DNA from: Myxococcota bacterium
GTDB taxonomy: Bacteria > Myxococcota > XYA12-FULL-58-9 > JALHOP01
Direction: 5' to 3'
DNA: 27,804 bases
Assembly (NCBI GenBank): GCA_041288095.1
Contig: JBGGMJ010000195.1
Location: 1-27,804 of the forward strand
Shown here: positions 1 through 10,204 of the stretch, piece after piece
How positions within the stretch are numbered: position 1 is the first letter of the stretch
Layout: the number at the start of each line of letters is the position of its first letter
Translations under genes and position numbers: made by a program
Notes under the pieces: generated by a model
Told to the model about the DNA's origin: nothing
Seen by the model: only the letters and a program-made list of their open reading frames with translations
Databases searched by the model: none

Positions 1-975
1 CTCTATTTCAACGGCTCCGTGTACGCGCTGAACAACTCCGGTGAATGGTGGGCGTGGACGGACGGCTGGTATCAAATCGCCGGCGATCCGCGAGATGGCG
101 CGGTCGATCCCGTCGAGCCGGAGCCTCAGCCGGAGCCTCAACCAAACAGCGCTCTCGTCGGCGGTTGCGGAAACTGCGACGGCGTCGATGCGTTGCGCGG
201 CTTCGAGTCGTACATCAATCGCGCCGTGGATTACGTGCTCGTCTGGGGCTGGGCGCAAACCGCGGGCGACCTCATGTACGCCTTCCACTACCTCGATGAG
301 ATGTGGCCGGCGAGCTATAGACTCCATTATAGCGTACCGATGGTCTTATCCGGCGGAACGTTCGCGCAGGTCTACAACGGTAGCCTCGACGACGTGTACC
401 GCGACGTCGCGCGGACCATCGCCAACCGCGACCCGCAAGGCATCATCCGCATCGGACACGAGATGAACGGCAACTGGTACGACTGGAGCCAAGACGGGCC
501 GGCGGGGTCGTCCGCCGAGTACGCTTGGGCGTACCAGCGCCTCGTGAACATCTTCCGCGGCGTTTCGCCGGATTTCAAATTCGTGTGGAACCCGGGCGCC
601 GGCAAATGGGCGGGGATCGATTCCATCTCGACGTACCCGGGTGACGCCTACGTCGACTACATGAGCTTCGACATGTACGAGGATGCCGGCTGGGCCGTGC
701 ACAGCCCCACGGACCGCTGGAATCACTTCTTGGAGAACGACGGTCGCGGTCTGAACTGGCTGGCGCGGTTCGCGGGCGAGCACGGAAAGGCGATCGCCTT
801 CGACGAATGGGGTTCCGCTATCGACGACGGCGTCTTCATTACCAACCTGCATGGTTGGATCGGCTCGCACAACGTCGCCTATCAAATGTACTGGCACAGC
901 AACGCGGCCTTCCCGGGAGGCTTCGAAGACCACCCCGTGAACGCAGCGACGTACAAGAGACTGTTCGGGCGCTAG
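1..975 (+). CDS. Glycoside hydrolase family 26-like (beta-mannanase-type) protein, 5'-truncated by the window edge
   Basis: The frame is open from base 1 (LYFNGSVYALNNSGEWWAW...). GH26 motifs are present: RIGHEMNGNWYDW (acid/base Glu), FVWNPG, YPGDAYVDYMSFDMY and IAFDEWG (nucleophile Glu). A PEPQPEPQ linker separates a Trp-rich N-terminal module from the catalytic domain. Confidence 0.85.
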   Translation, partial: LYFNGSVYALNNSGEWWAWTDGWYQIAGDPRDGAVDPVEPEPQPEPQPNSALVGGCGNCDGVDALRGFESYINRAVDYVLVWGWAQTAGDLMYAFHYLDEMWPASYRLHYSVPMVLSGGTFAQVYNGSLDDVYRDVARTIANRDPQGIIRIGHEMNGNWYDWSQDGPAGSSAEYAWAYQRLVNIFRGVSPDFKFVWNPGAGKWAGIDSISTYPGDAYVDYMSFDMYEDAGWAVHSPTDRWNHFLENDGRGLNWLARFAGEHGKAIAFDEWGSAIDDGVFITNLHGWIGSHNVAYQMYWHSNAAFPGGFEDHPVNAATYKRLFGR

Positions 976-1460
976 ATCGGGTAGAACCGGCTGCCGAGCT
1001 TGGCCACGACGCGGACGCCGCGCTTGCCCTCCTCGGTAGCCTCCTCGATCACTTTGACCCTGGTCGTCACGAAGAAGGTCACGACCGCCTGCAAGCCGTC
1101 GGCGACCTCGAGCTTGCCGGGCGAGATCGTGGCGTTCAGCGCCATGCTGATGATGAGGTCGTCTGACTCGGGATGTGGCTTGAAGCGGAACTCTTCACGC
1201 AGCAGCAGGCTCATCTTGCCGTCGCTGCCGATGGTCGCCTCTCGCACCAGAGGAATGAAGCGTGCGAGGTCGTCGCCGGTGAGCTTGAGCGCCTCGCCGA
1301 TCTCCTGCGGTGACGCCTTCCTGGTACCGGTCGCGGGGCGCGCCTTGTTCAAGGCGGCCAGGAGCTCGCTGAGGAGCTGGCCCTGGGAGGGTGTTGCTTG
1401 CAGGCTCAGCGCGGCGCCGGGGCGCGAGGCGAGGATCCGGCCGATTTGAGAGCTATCCAT
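972..1460 (-). CDS. Hypothetical protein (162 aa, no signal peptide)
   Basis: Protein-like composition and high-GC codon usage. It converges on the GH26 gene with a 4-nt stop overlap, and a candidate promoter lies directly upstream. Confidence 0.7.
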   Translation of the reverse strand: MDSSQIGRILASRPGAALSLQATPSQGQLLSELLAALNKARPATGTRKASPQEIGEALKLTGDDLARFIPLVREATIGSDGKMSLLLREEFRFKPHPESDDLIISMALNATISPGKLEVADGLQAVVTFFVTTRVKVIEEATEEGKRGVRVVAKLGSRFYPI

Positions 1461-1469
1461 GGTCGCGGG

Positions 1470-1497
1470 TTATCGGGGTCCGGGCGCCACGAGTTTC
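1470..1497 (-). promoter_or_regulatory. Candidate sigma28 (FliA/WhiG)-like promoter GAAAC-N17-CGATAA
   Basis: The minus strand reads GAAACtcgtggcgcccggacccCGATAA, ending 9 nt before ATG 1460. It resembles TAAAG-N16-CGATAA, and the pattern recurs at three other sites. Confidence 0.55.
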
Positions 1498-1546
1498 GCG
1501 ATTGATCGCCGCCCGCCGAGCTGATCGGCGGGCGACGACACTCGGA

Positions 1547-1939
1547 TCAATAGCAGCGCGGTTGGCCGAAGCGGTTGTAGAAGTCCGGTCGCTCGTACGG
1601 ACGGCAGGGCCGGTCGAAACGGTGATACGGTGGCGGCATCGGAACCGGGTAGTTGGGCCGGTTCGGGTTCGGATCCCAACGATTCGGGATGCCGTCGTTG
1701 TCGCGATCACGGTCGTGGCGATCCGGGATGCCGTCGCGATCGCGGTCGCGGCGCGGTCCATGCGGACGGTGATAGTGCGGGGACCCGAACAACTGAATGC
1801 CGATGTTGAGCTCGGCGGTCTGAATCGGCGCCGCGAGAGCTGTCGCGAGAATCGCGCTGCCGCTACGAGGTTGCGCGCCCGTCGAAACACCGCTGCTTTC
1901 GCGAACACTCGTGCCCGCGGCAATGACTTCCAATGCCAT
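1547..1939 (-). CDS. Small protein with thrombospondin type 3-like DxDxDGIP repeats and a Pro/Tyr/Arg-rich tail
   Basis: Contains RDRDRDGIPDRHDRDRDNDGIPNRWD. A GGAGG ribosome-binding site lies 6 nt upstream of the ATG. Confidence 0.75.
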   Translation of the reverse strand: MALEVIAAGTSVRESSGVSTGAQPRSGSAILATALAAPIQTAELNIGIQLFGSPHYHRPHGPRRDRDRDGIPDRHDRDRDNDGIPNRWDPNPNRPNYPVPMPPPYHRFDRPCRPYERPDFYNRFGQPRCY

Positions 1940-1988
1940 CGTGAACCTCCCTGGAATGTGAGTGACGGTCTGTTGGACCGAGACAGGA

Positions 1989-2016
1989 CTATCGCCACTA
2001 CCCGCGCTGACGTTGT
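1989..2016 (-). promoter_or_regulatory. Candidate sigma28-like promoter ACAAC-N17-CGATAG
   Basis: The minus strand reads ACAACgtcagcgcgggtagtggCGATAG, about 50 nt upstream of ATG 1939. Confidence 0.45.
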
Positions 2017-2061
2017 GTCACCTATTGGTGCCGGTCTCGCGCGCCTTGATAGGGTCTCGAT

Positions 2062-3405
2062 ATGGCAACCACCGAAGAACGGCCGAGTGAACCTGCCCCG
2101 CACCGCAATTGGATCCAGCTGGCGTTGCTCGTCATCGTGGCGGCCGGCGCCATTGGCTGGGCGGCGGTCTACTTCGTACGCTCCGCGCCACCGCGCGCGC
2201 TGACGATCGCGGCGGGACCCAAGGACAGCACGTTCGCAAGGATGGCCAAGCGCTATCAGCCGATCCTCGCGCGCAACGGCATCAAGCTGGAGATCCTCGA
2301 GACCGACGGCTCACGCGACAATTTGGCGAAGCTCGAAGATCCGAAAGCGCACGTCGACATCGCCTTCGTGCAGTCGGGTCTCACCCCCGGCGACGATCAC
2401 GAGGGACTCAATTCGCTCGGCAGCATGTTCTACGAGCCCATGATGATCTTCTATCGCGGACAGAAGGTCCTCGGTCGCCTGTCCGAGCTGGAGAAGAAGC
2501 GCATTGCCATCGGCCCAGAGGGGAGCGGCACCGAGTGGCTGGCGCTGGCGCTGCTCAAGGCCAATGGAATCGAGCCGAAGGGCGATACGGAGCTCTTGAG
2601 CCTCGAGGGTGACGAGGCCTCCAAGGCACTGCTCGAGGGGCGCGCCGACGCCATCTTTCTCTCGGGAGATTCGGCGTCGGTGAAGACGATGCGCGCGCTC
2701 ATGCGCGAGGACGGCGTGCGTTTGTTCGAGTTCGCTCAAGCGGACGGTTACGTGCGACGCTTTCCTTATCTCAGTAAGCTCGACATTCCAGCTGGCGCCT
2801 TCGATCTCGGTGAGGGCATTCCAGTGCAGGACATGCACATCTTGGCGCCGACCGTGGAGATGGTTGCCCGCTCGAACCTCCACCCCGCTTTGACCGATCT
2901 CCTGCTCGAGGCCGCCTTCCAAGCACACCGTCGCGCTTCGTTGCTGCAGCCCGCGGGCCAGTTCCCGAATGCGTCGACGTACAAGCTGCCCATCAGCCCG
3001 GACGCCTCTCGCTACTACAAGTCAGGCGACAGGAGTCTCACCTATCGTTACCTGCCGTTCTGGCTGGCGAGTCTGGTCAATCGCACACTCGTGTCGTTGG
3101 TGCCGATCCTCGTCATTCTCATCCCGGCTTTTCGGATCCTCCCGTCGGCCCTCGAGTGGCGCGTTCGCCGTCGCATCATCAAGCGCTACGGCCAGATCGC
3201 CGATGTCGAGCGCGCAACGCTGCGCCCGGACCTGTCCGAAGAGCGGCGTAACGAGCTACTCGCGCGCCTCGCGAAGATCGAGCAGGCGATTGTGAGCAGA
3301 AAGCTCCCGGGGTCGCACGTGGAGCAGGTGTACATCTTGCGGCAACACATCGACATGGTGCGCAAGAAGCTCGGGGTGACGGCGGTCCCGAACGCGGGAA
3401 CCTGA
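2062..3405 (+). CDS. TAXI-family (NMT1-like) TRAP solute-binding protein with N- and C-terminal membrane anchors
   Basis: Motifs LTIAAGPKDSTF, ETDGSRDNL, VDIAFVQSG, LGSMFYEPM and RIAIGPEGSGT. The C-terminal YRYLPFWLA plus TM helix is typical of this subfamily. Confidence 0.85.
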   Translation: MATTEERPSEPAPHRNWIQLALLVIVAAGAIGWAAVYFVRSAPPRALTIAAGPKDSTFARMAKRYQPILARNGIKLEILETDGSRDNLAKLEDPKAHVDIAFVQSGLTPGDDHEGLNSLGSMFYEPMMIFYRGQKVLGRLSELEKKRIAIGPEGSGTEWLALALLKANGIEPKGDTELLSLEGDEASKALLEGRADAIFLSGDSASVKTMRALMREDGVRLFEFAQADGYVRRFPYLSKLDIPAGAFDLGEGIPVQDMHILAPTVEMVARSNLHPALTDLLLEAAFQAHRRASLLQPAGQFPNASTYKLPISPDASRYYKSGDRSLTYRYLPFWLASLVNRTLVSLVPILVILIPAFRILPSALEWRVRRRIIKRYGQIADVERATLRPDLSEERRNELLARLAKIEQAIVSRKLPGSHVEQVYILRQHIDMVRKKLGVTAVPNAGT

Positions 3406-3435
3406 CGCTGCTCATCAGTGCTGCTAAGATGGAGC

Positions 3436-4899
3436 ATGACCGCGCGCGTGCGCATGGCGCTACTCGGTTGCTTGCTGCTCGGCACACAACAATGTGCTCC
3501 TTCCGAGTCTTCGCATTACGTCGTCCTCGGCATCGAAGACCCGTCCGCCGTCGCCGGTGCCGCCGATCAGCTGGTGCTCGCCACCGGCTCGGGCGAGCCG
3601 CGAACCTTCGAGCGCGGCGGCCGCGACTTCCCCATCACCGTCACGCTGAGCGCCGAGTCGCCGACCGTTTGGGACATCGTGGTGACGGCCACGAGCGAGG
3701 GCGGCGCCATTGCCTCGTGCGCGGTGGCGCTCGTCTTTCCGCGCGATGACGAGGCACGCGTTTCGTGCGTCTTGGCGGGCGCCTGCAGCGAGGGCGTCTG
3801 TGAACCCCCGCCACCGCCCCCTCCACAGTCTTGTCAGATCGACGACGACTGCAATCCGCCGCCCGCATGCGCCCTCAATAACGCCTGCCGCGTCCGCTAT
3901 TGCGGTGATGATGGAAGCTGTCAGCCGGAGGCGCCCCGACTTACCTCGGTTACTCCCGCCCCCTCCACGGATACCGGGTTTCTCGAATTCACGTTGAACG
4001 GTGTTGGCTTCGCGCCGACCGCCACCGTCTCGATCTTGGGCAGCCCCTTCGAAGTCGTCGAGCGCAGCGCCACGCAGCTCACGGCTCGGCTCGAAGCCGG
4101 CGGCGACGTCGGTGGTTACTTGCCCATCCAAGCGGCCAACCGCGACAACGCGGTCTCGAACACGGCGTGGCTGCTGGCCGTCCCAGAAAGCGGCCTCATC
4201 ATCGAAGACTACGACCCGGACTATGGCGTCCCCGAGGAAACGTTCCGCGTCATCGGTACGAGCCTGCCGGGAAATCTCATGTTCACCGACGGCGCCGGGC
4301 ACATCATGACCTGCGGCGCGAGCACCCCGGTGACCTGGCCGGGCGCGAACGGCACCGAAGCGGTGAGCTGCACCTTGCCCGACGCCTGGGAAGGAGCGGT
4401 GCTGGCGGCCTTCACTGGCTCTGGTGTCATCTACACGCGCGCATTCACCGTGGGCGTGAACCTCGCCAGCGCTCTCAATGTGACGACCAGCGCCAGCTCG
4501 CAACGCGGTGGTGGCTCCACCTCGTCCGCCGTAGCGGATGGTGACCTCGCCACGAGTTGGTCGTCCGAGGCGAAGTGCGGCTCCGCCGTGCGCTGCGCAT
4601 GGGTCGAGGTGGCGCTACCGACGCCGCAGGCGGTGTCGCGGGTGAGTCTGCGCGGCAGCCGTAGCTCCTCCGACCACATCCTGGTTGGTGACCTCGAGCT
4701 CTTCGGCGACAACGACACCGTCGTTGCGAGTCGCACCGTTCACACCGACCGGCCGTTCGGCGATGCCGATGTCGACTTCGAGGACGCCGTTAGCGGCGTG
4801 ATGCGCGTGCGCTTCACCTCGCTGCTCGCGGAGAGCCAGAGCCCGGGCCTTGCCGAGCTCGAGATCTTCGAGAGCATCGTCAATCCCGCCGGCCCGTAA
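3436..4899 (+). CDS. Secreted multidomain protein: Cys-rich segment, IPT/TIG-like domain(s) and C-terminal discoidin (F5/8 type C) domain
   Basis: Hydrophobic N-terminus followed by Cys; CQIDDDC...C...C Cys-rich segment; PRLTSVTP...TLNGVGF (IPT-like); TTSASS...[11 protein letters not shown]...WVEVAL...LAELEIF (discoidin). The start at ATG 3436 is preferred over GTG 3418. Confidence 0.75.
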   Translation: MTARVRMALLGCLLLGTQQCAPSESSHYVVLGIEDPSAVAGAADQLVLATGSGEPRTFERGGRDFPITVTLSAESPTVWDIVVTATSEGGAIASCAVALVFPRDDEARVSCVLAGACSEGVCEPPPPPPPQSCQIDDDCNPPPACALNNACRVRYCGDDGSCQPEAPRLTSVTPAPSTDTGFLEFTLNGVGFAPTATVSILGSPFEVVERSATQLTARLEAGGDVGGYLPIQAANRDNAVSNTAWLLAVPESGLIIEDYDPDYGVPEETFRVIGTSLPGNLMFTDGAGHIMTCGASTPVTWPGANGTEAVSCTLPDAWEGAVLAAFTGSGVIYTRAFTVGVNLASALNVTTSASSQRGGGSTSSAVADGDLATSWSSEAKCGSAVRCAWVEVALPTPQAVSRVSLRGSRSSSDHILVGDLELFGDNDTVVASRTVHTDRPFGDADVDFEDAVSGVMRVRFTSLLAESQSPGLAELEIFESIVNPAGP

Positions 4900-5581
4900 G
4901 ACGCGGATACACGAAGCCGGCGATAGCGGCGCCGACGATGGGGGCGACCCAGAACAGCCACAGCTGCTCGAGAGCCCAACCGCCGACGAACAACGCGGGG
5001 CCCGTCGAGCGCGCCGGGTTCACCGACGTGTTCGTCACCGGGATGCTGATGAGATGAATGAGCGTGAGTCCGAGCCCAATGGCGATCGGCGCAAAGCCCG
5101 CGGGCGCGCGCGCGTCGGTCGCTCCGAGAATGATGAAGAGGAAGACGAAGGTCAGTACCGCCTCGATGAGCAAGGCGGCGACCATCGAGTACTGGCCCGG
5201 CGAGTGCTCACCGAAGCCGTTGCTCGCAAAGCCACCGGATAGATCGAAGCCGGCCTTGCCCGAGGCGATGGCGTAGAGCACCGCGGCGCCCGCGATAGCG
5301 CCCACGAGCTGGGCGAGCACGTAAGGCAGCAGCTCCTTGACCGGGAATCGGCCTCCTACCACCAACCCAACGGAGACCGCCGGATTGAGATGACACCCGG
5401 AGACGTGGCCGATGGCGTAGGCCATGGTGAGCACGGTCAAGCCGAAGGCGAATGAGACGCCCACGAAGCCGATGCCGAGAGTGGGAAAACCAGCGGCCAG
5501 CACGGCGCTTCCACAACCGCCGAACACCAACCAGAAGGTACCGATGAGCTCGGCACCAAGACGATTCCGCAATGGCGTCAT
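4880..5581 (-). CDS. aqpZ: Aquaporin Z
   Basis: [28 protein letters not shown] and [12 protein letters not shown] (both NPA motifs), plus [12 protein letters not shown]. Start placed at MTPLRNRL. Confidence 0.96.
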   Translation of the reverse strand: MTPLRNRLGAELIGTFWLVFGGCGSAVLAAGFPTLGIGFVGVSFAFGLTVLTMAYAIGHVSGCHLNPAVSVGLVVGGRFPVKELLPYVLAQLVGAIAGAAVLYAIASGKAGFDLSGGFASNGFGEHSPGQYSMVAALLIEAVLTFVFLFIILGATDARAPAGFAPIAIGLGLTLIHLISIPVTNTSVNPARSTGPALFVGGWALEQLWLFWVAPIVGAAIAGFVYPRLTGRRD

Positions 5582-5636
5582 GCCGTATTGCCTACGCCCG
5601 TACCGTGCGGAGCGCAAATGCGCTCCTGTCCGCTGA

Positions 5637-7262
5637 CTACGGCGGGTCGACCGTCAACACGAGGTCGACGTTGCCGAGCGTCGGTGCATAGCCGCCGAAC
5701 GGAACGTTTGCGGTCGCGATCTCGAGGACATTGTCGCCGTCGACGAGATCGCCTTCCTCGATGTCGAAGACGTGGCCCAGCACGCCGATGATGAGGGCGT
5801 TCTGCGAGCCGGCCATGTCGCCCGCGAGCGCGACACCGCTAACGAAGAGCGTCTCCTCCGCCGGCGTGAGATCATAGGTGCGCCACGTATTGCCGTTGAG
5901 GCGGTAGGTGATGCCCCACGTCGAGAGCCCGACGTTCGTGAAGTTGCCGAAGTACTGCACGTTCATGGCGAGCCTCGCCCGCACCGCTTGGGCGCTGCCT
6001 TCGACACCGCGAATCGTCACCGTCGTCTTGGTCGCGGCGCTTGCGTCTCCGAGCATGTAGCCCACCGCGACGCTGTTGTCAGGAGCGGCGACCAGTGCGT
6101 CGCGCACCTCGAACTCACGCGTGTTGTCGATCACCGGTCCGTCAAAACCGACATTGTCCCAGCGCACGACCCAAGCCTGCCTGGCGTCCGCCGGGTGCGC
6201 TGCCGTCCAATACTTGTCGGTCGCGTGGTTGCGCGCGATCAGCTGGACGTATCCGCGGGTGAACGAGAGGTCGAGGTCGGTGCTCGCAACCAAGCTGGCC
6301 GGGCCGAAGTCGACTCCGTCGTTCGAGTACGGCGTCGCCCAGAGCTCGAGGTGTGTTCGTGAGAGCCTCAGCTCGAAGTGATTGAGACTGTGATGCAGCA
6401 CGGAGATGCACTCAGCCGCGAGAGCGTCCTCCTCGTGCACGTAGTCCACGTAGTTACTGTACTCGTTGACCACCGTCACCTTGGTCTCGGCCGGGCCACC
6501 ACAAGAACCGTTGAGCTCGACCGTGATGCCGTTGCGCGGGATGACGCCGCCTTCGAAGTTGCCGGCACCTGGAATGAGAGAAAAGCCCGGCGACGGGATG
6601 GGATCTTCGGTAACCGCGATAGCGATCCAGCCGAGCAGCCCGATGGTTGTTGCATCGGCGTCGAACACGATGGTGCCGGTGCGGTCAGCGAAGTCGAACG
6701 GCTGGCGAATGCGATACGCATTCGACCCGTAGTTCTGCGCCGCGGTCACGGTGAGCAGATGATTGCTCTGAATGGCGCTGTTGCCGTCGCAGATCCGCGT
6801 GTCACCGGGAGGAGACACTTCCGCCGGCACGTCCGCTCGACACTGACTGACACTGCCGGGGCCGATCTCGTTCGGCTTACCCAAGGTGGGTTCGTTGCGA
6901 GCGAGGCTCCAGCGACGCGCGTCGAGCTCGAAGGAGCGCCCAGAGGTCGAAACCGCCGGCGCATCGAAGGTGTCGCAGAACGCCGCCGCCGAAAGACCAC
7001 AACCGGGGTTACCGTCCGGCCAGTCCACGGTTTCTTCGTCGCCATCGCCGCTCGTGGCGTCCCCGCCGGCTGCATCACCCGCGCCATCACCGTCGTCAGC
7101 GCCGCCCGTGCCACCACTCGAGTCACCACCGTCGACGACACTGTCCTCGTCGGTGGCGCCGGCGGGGCCCAAGCCGTCGATCCCGCGCACTTGTCCCATG
7201 CAGCCCACCACAGAGAGCCACACGAGAGGGACGAGCTTTAGGTGACGCCTTCGGTTCATCAC
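5637..7262 (-). CDS. Uncharacterised lipoprotein, divergent paralog 1 of the local family (possible ConA/LamG-like beta-sandwich) with an extra C-terminal domain
   Basis: Lipobox VVGC and Gly/Asp linker. It shares [28 protein letters not shown] and WDNVGFDGP blocks with the genes at 10205, 11346 and 12707. It starts 5 nt after the anti-sigma stop (the start could be 7259). Confidence 0.8.
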   Translation of the reverse strand: MMNRRRHLKLVPLVWLSVVGCMGQVRGIDGLGPAGATDEDSVVDGGDSSGGTGGADDGDGAGDAAGGDATSGDGDEETVDWPDGNPGCGLSAAAFCDTFDAPAVSTSGRSFELDARRWSLARNEPTLGKPNEIGPGSVSQCRADVPAEVSPPGDTRICDGNSAIQSNHLLTVTAAQNYGSNAYRIRQPFDFADRTGTIVFDADATTIGLLGWIAIAVTEDPIPSPGFSLIPGAGNFEGGVIPRNGITVELNGSCGGPAETKVTVVNEYSNYVDYVHEEDALAAECISVLHHSLNHFELRLSRTHLELWATPYSNDGVDFGPASLVASTDLDLSFTRGYVQLIARNHATDKYWTAAHPADARQAWVVRWDNVGFDGPVIDNTREFEVRDALVAAPDNSVAVGYMLGDASAATKTTVTIRGVEGSAQAVRARLAMNVQYFGNFTNVGLSTWGITYRLNGNTWRTYDLTPAEETLFVSGVALAGDMAGSQNALIIGVLGHVFDIEEGDLVDGDNVLEIATANVPFGGYAPTLGNVDLVLTVDPP

Positions 7263-7267
7263 GTCAC

Positions 7268-8524
7268 CTATTCGAGCTGCGAAAGGCGCGAGCGCAGACC
7301 CGCGGCGTGAATGCTCTTGGGGAACTTATCCAGGAACGTTGCGATGGCGCGTCGCTCTTCTGGCTCCTTGCTCGATTGGCGCAGCGCGCGGATGAGGCCG
7401 TAGCGCGCCGATTCCTCGAGCGTGCCCGATGGGCCGCTGAGATAGATCTCGAAAGCGCGTCGGGCTCCGCTGGGATCACGCAGCGGTCCAAGCCGCAGCT
7501 CGCCGAGCGACACCAGCGCCGCTTGCGCTTCGGCGGTACCAGGATGCGCGGCGATGAGCTCTTCGTACCCTGTCGCGGCTTCGGTGTAGTGTCCGCTCGC
7601 GCGGAGCTCGCGGATGCGGCGCAAGCGCTCGGTGACGTCCGGCCCAACCGGCGCAGCGGGTTCGGGCTCCTGCTCGACCGAGCGCGCTGCCGGGTCGATC
7701 GCTGGAGTATGCTTGCGCGGAAACTTATGTCGCCGCGACTTCGGCGCGACCGAGGGCGACCCGGAATCGCCGTCGGTGTCGGGCTCGGCTGGCGGCGCGG
7801 GCTGCATGCGTGCGAGCTCGGCCGGGTGCTCGGTCACCGCGCCGACGAGGCCCTCGACCACCTCGCGGTCACCGGCGATCAACGGCTTGACGGACCCGTC
7901 GAAGCGATGCGCCGGGGGTAACAGCCATTGCTCACCGCTGCGTCGATCGGTCACCGCGACCTTGCCGCTGAGCAAACGCACCGTGCTGATTGCGCCGACG
8001 TCCACCGAGAAGACCGTGCCCAACGCCGTGACGTCGTAGCCGGCGCCGCGGATGACGAACAGCTCCCCAGGGGGCTGCGGCTCGAGCGCCACCGCGACGC
8101 GGCCCGCCAAGAGCTCGAAGCCGTTGCCGTCGGCGAGCGGCCGCAAACGGCTGCCGGGCGCGAGACAGACCCGGCTTGCGTCTTCGAGCTCGAGGCAGCT
8201 GCCGCGTTCGTCGGCGACGATGGTGGGCGTCACTTCGACGGGACGGCGCATGACGATCAGCACGGCGGCTGCAGCGGCAAAGCCGGCGGCGGCGGCGTAG
8301 AGCGGCGCGAAACGTCGGCGTTTGGGGCGCGGCCGCTCCACCGGCACGAGCTCGCTGTCGATGATGCGCCGGATGGCCAGGAATCCTTCGGCTTCGTCGC
8401 GGCAGGCGTCGCATGTCGCGAGGTGCCGCTCGTAGAAGGCGACGTCGCTGGCCGACGGCGTCTCTTCCAGAGCATGCTGGTCTGCTATGGCGATCCAGCG
8501 CACGCAGTCCTTGGACGGCTTCAT
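7268..8524 (-). CDS. Anti-sigma factor: ZAS/zf-HC2 zinc motif, TM helix, FecR-like domain, C-terminal TPR-like region
   Basis: HLATCDAC (HxxxCxxC); TM segment YAAAAGFAAAAAVLIVM; FecR-like LEDASRVCLAPGS and VTALGTVFSV...VRLLSGKVAV; TPR-like tail ending FLDKFPKSIHA. ATGA overlap with the sigma gene. Confidence 0.88.
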   Translation of the reverse strand: MKPSKDCVRWIAIADQHALEETPSASDVAFYERHLATCDACRDEAEGFLAIRRIIDSELVPVERPRPKRRRFAPLYAAAAGFAAAAAVLIVMRRPVEVTPTIVADERGSCLELEDASRVCLAPGSRLRPLADGNGFELLAGRVAVALEPQPPGELFVIRGAGYDVTALGTVFSVDVGAISTVRLLSGKVAVTDRRSGEQWLLPPAHRFDGSVKPLIAGDREVVEGLVGAVTEHPAELARMQPAPPAEPDTDGDSGSPSVAPKSRRHKFPRKHTPAIDPAARSVEQEPEPAAPVGPDVTERLRRIRELRASGHYTEAATGYEELIAAHPGTAEAQAALVSLGELRLGPLRDPSGARRAFEIYLSGPSGTLEESARYGLIRALRQSSKEPEERRAIATFLDKFPKSIHAAGLRSRLSQLE

Positions 8525-9084
8525 GGTTCATCTCCGGGCTCTGGTGCGCCGAGATCACGCCGCAGATAGCGGCGTAAAGCGGCACGGCCGCGCACCAGGC
8601 GATCCTTTACGGTGTTTCGCGAAACGTCGAGCGCCTCTGCGCACTCGTCGATGGACAGCTCGAGCATGTGGCGCATCACGAGGGTGGTGCGGAGGTCCTC
8701 GGGGATGCGGCGCAAGTACTCCTCGATGGGCCGCGGAGTCTCCTCGCGCACCGACGGCTCGTTCGACTCGAAAATGGAGTCGAGATCGAGGTCGGTGATG
8801 CGCCGTCGCGCCTTGACGCGCGCGCGAATGGCCTTGGCGATGACCCGCGACGTGATGGTGTGCGCCCAGGTGTCGAGGGTGCTCTGACCCTTGTACGAGG
8901 GCGCCGAGCGCAGCACTTCGATGCAGGCGTTCTGGACGGTCTCGTCGACCTCGCTGCGATCGAGCAACGACACCCGGCACAACGCGCGGATCGCCGGCAC
9001 CAGCCGCGACAAGAGACGCGCCGCCGCCTCGCGATTCTGGGCAGCGACTTGGCTCATGAGCTGGAGATCGTCGGCGTATTTCAT
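8521..9084 (-). CDS. ECF (sigma-70 group 4) RNA polymerase sigma factor
   Basis: 187 aa. Region 2 EVDETVQNACIEVLRSAPSYKGQSTLDTWAHTI; region 4.2 LSIDECAEALDVSRNTVKDRLVRGRAAL. Confidence 0.93.
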   Translation of the reverse strand: MKYADDLQLMSQVAAQNREAAARLLSRLVPAIRALCRVSLLDRSEVDETVQNACIEVLRSAPSYKGQSTLDTWAHTITSRVIAKAIRARVKARRRITDLDLDSIFESNEPSVREETPRPIEEYLRRIPEDLRTTLVMRHMLELSIDECAEALDVSRNTVKDRLVRGRAALRRYLRRDLGAPEPGDEP

Positions 9085-9113
9085 CGCGGCTGCGCTAGAC
9101 CCCTCTTTCCAGC

Positions 9114-9147
9114 TTAGTGGAGCCAGAGGCGTTTAGCGGGCGGATCT
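9114..9147 (-). promoter_or_regulatory. Candidate ECF-sigma autoregulatory promoter AGATCCGCCCG-N16-CCACTAA
   Basis: The minus strand reads AGATCCGCCCGctaaacgcctctggctCCACTAA, 29 nt upstream of the sigma ATG. Boxes and spacing are identical at 11272 and 12633. Confidence 0.8.
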
Positions 9148-9152
9148 AATTG

Positions 9153-10133
9153 CTATCGAAAGCGCCAGGCGACACTTAGGCCCGCATAGGGCCGCAACAG
9201 CCAAGGGACGATGTCCGCCGGTGTGGCGCCATGTACTTCGAAGTGGGTGCGACGCAGCTGCGCTTCGACGCCGAGGGTGGCGACGAGACTGAGCTCCGAG
9301 ACCAGCCTGACCTCGCCCTCGAGCATGGGCCCGACGCCGAGCTCGACGTTGGTGGTGGCCGGGGAGGTCTCGGCCGAAGAAGGCAAGGCCTCGGTCACGC
9401 GCCGCGTCCACTGCAGCGTACCGGTTAGGCCGACGCCGCCCTGCACGCGGTCGCCGCCGAAGCGGAAGGCGGCGTGCGCGCGGAGTGACTGTGCCTGCAA
9501 ACGCAACCGCGTCGCCGACTCCGAGAGGTGCAGCGGCGCGGCGTAGCCGTACGCGAGGCCCATGGCGAGCCATTGCACCGGCTCGACGGTCACGCCCGCG
9601 ATCGCGGAATGAAGGACGCTCGAGGTCGCGAGAGCTGAAGCGCGGTAGCCGAGGGCGACCCGCAGGTTGGGCGAGAACGTCCGCGGTAGCCGCTCCAGCG
9701 GTACCGGGCGGCCTTCGAGCACGGCGAGGGTGATCTCCCGCGCCATGGCGCTGAGCTCCTCGATGCGGGCCGCCATGGGGTAGTCCGCTGGCGACGGGAC
9801 GCGGCGGACGTACGTCTCGTCGTGCTCGCGCAAGTAGACGATGAGCTCCGAGCGCGTGGCGCTGATGTCGAGCCACATGACGGCGGCGACATCGTTCTCT
9901 TCCGCCAGGGTCTCGGCGTGTCGGGCCCAAGCCTGGGGCTGCTGCGCCGGCTCGACGTGCCACAGCGGCGTCGCCGGCAGGTCGGCTACTTGCGCCTGGA
10001 CGGCGGCGGACAGCTCCTCCGGTGCGAGGCTTCCGAGCACATAGAGAATGCGACGCGGCTCTTCGGCGTGCCCGGTCTTGGCAACGCTAAAGTGGACGAA
10101 GCAAACCACCGAGAGGATGAACCGCGCTGACAT
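9153..10133 (-). CDS. Putative outer-membrane/exported protein of the ECF cassette (N-terminal alpha/beta domain, C-terminal amphipathic beta-strands)
   Basis: Signal-peptide-like start MSARFILSVVCFVHFSVAKTGHA, alternating beta-strand pattern, and C-terminus PYAGLSVAWRFR. It lies directly upstream of the sigma gene. Confidence 0.7.
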   Translation of the reverse strand: MSARFILSVVCFVHFSVAKTGHAEEPRRILYVLGSLAPEELSAAVQAQVADLPATPLWHVEPAQQPQAWARHAETLAEENDVAAVMWLDISATRSELIVYLREHDETYVRRVPSPADYPMAARIEELSAMAREITLAVLEGRPVPLERLPRTFSPNLRVALGYRASALATSSVLHSAIAGVTVEPVQWLAMGLAYGYAAPLHLSESATRLRLQAQSLRAHAAFRFGGDRVQGGVGLTGTLQWTRRVTEALPSSAETSPATTNVELGVGPMLEGEVRLVSELSLVATLGVEAQLRRTHFEVHGATPADIVPWLLRPYAGLSVAWRFR

Positions 10134-10204
10134 GAGACGAAGAGACCCTACAACACATCCGTGCATGGACGCTGCATGCTTCTCACGCTACCGTCTCTCC
10201 GGCG

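Noticed and set aside
4880..5581. aqpZ as part of the ECF regulon
   Set aside because: It is on the same strand 55 bp downstream of paralog 1, so read-through is possible, but it has no motif of its own and no evident functional link.
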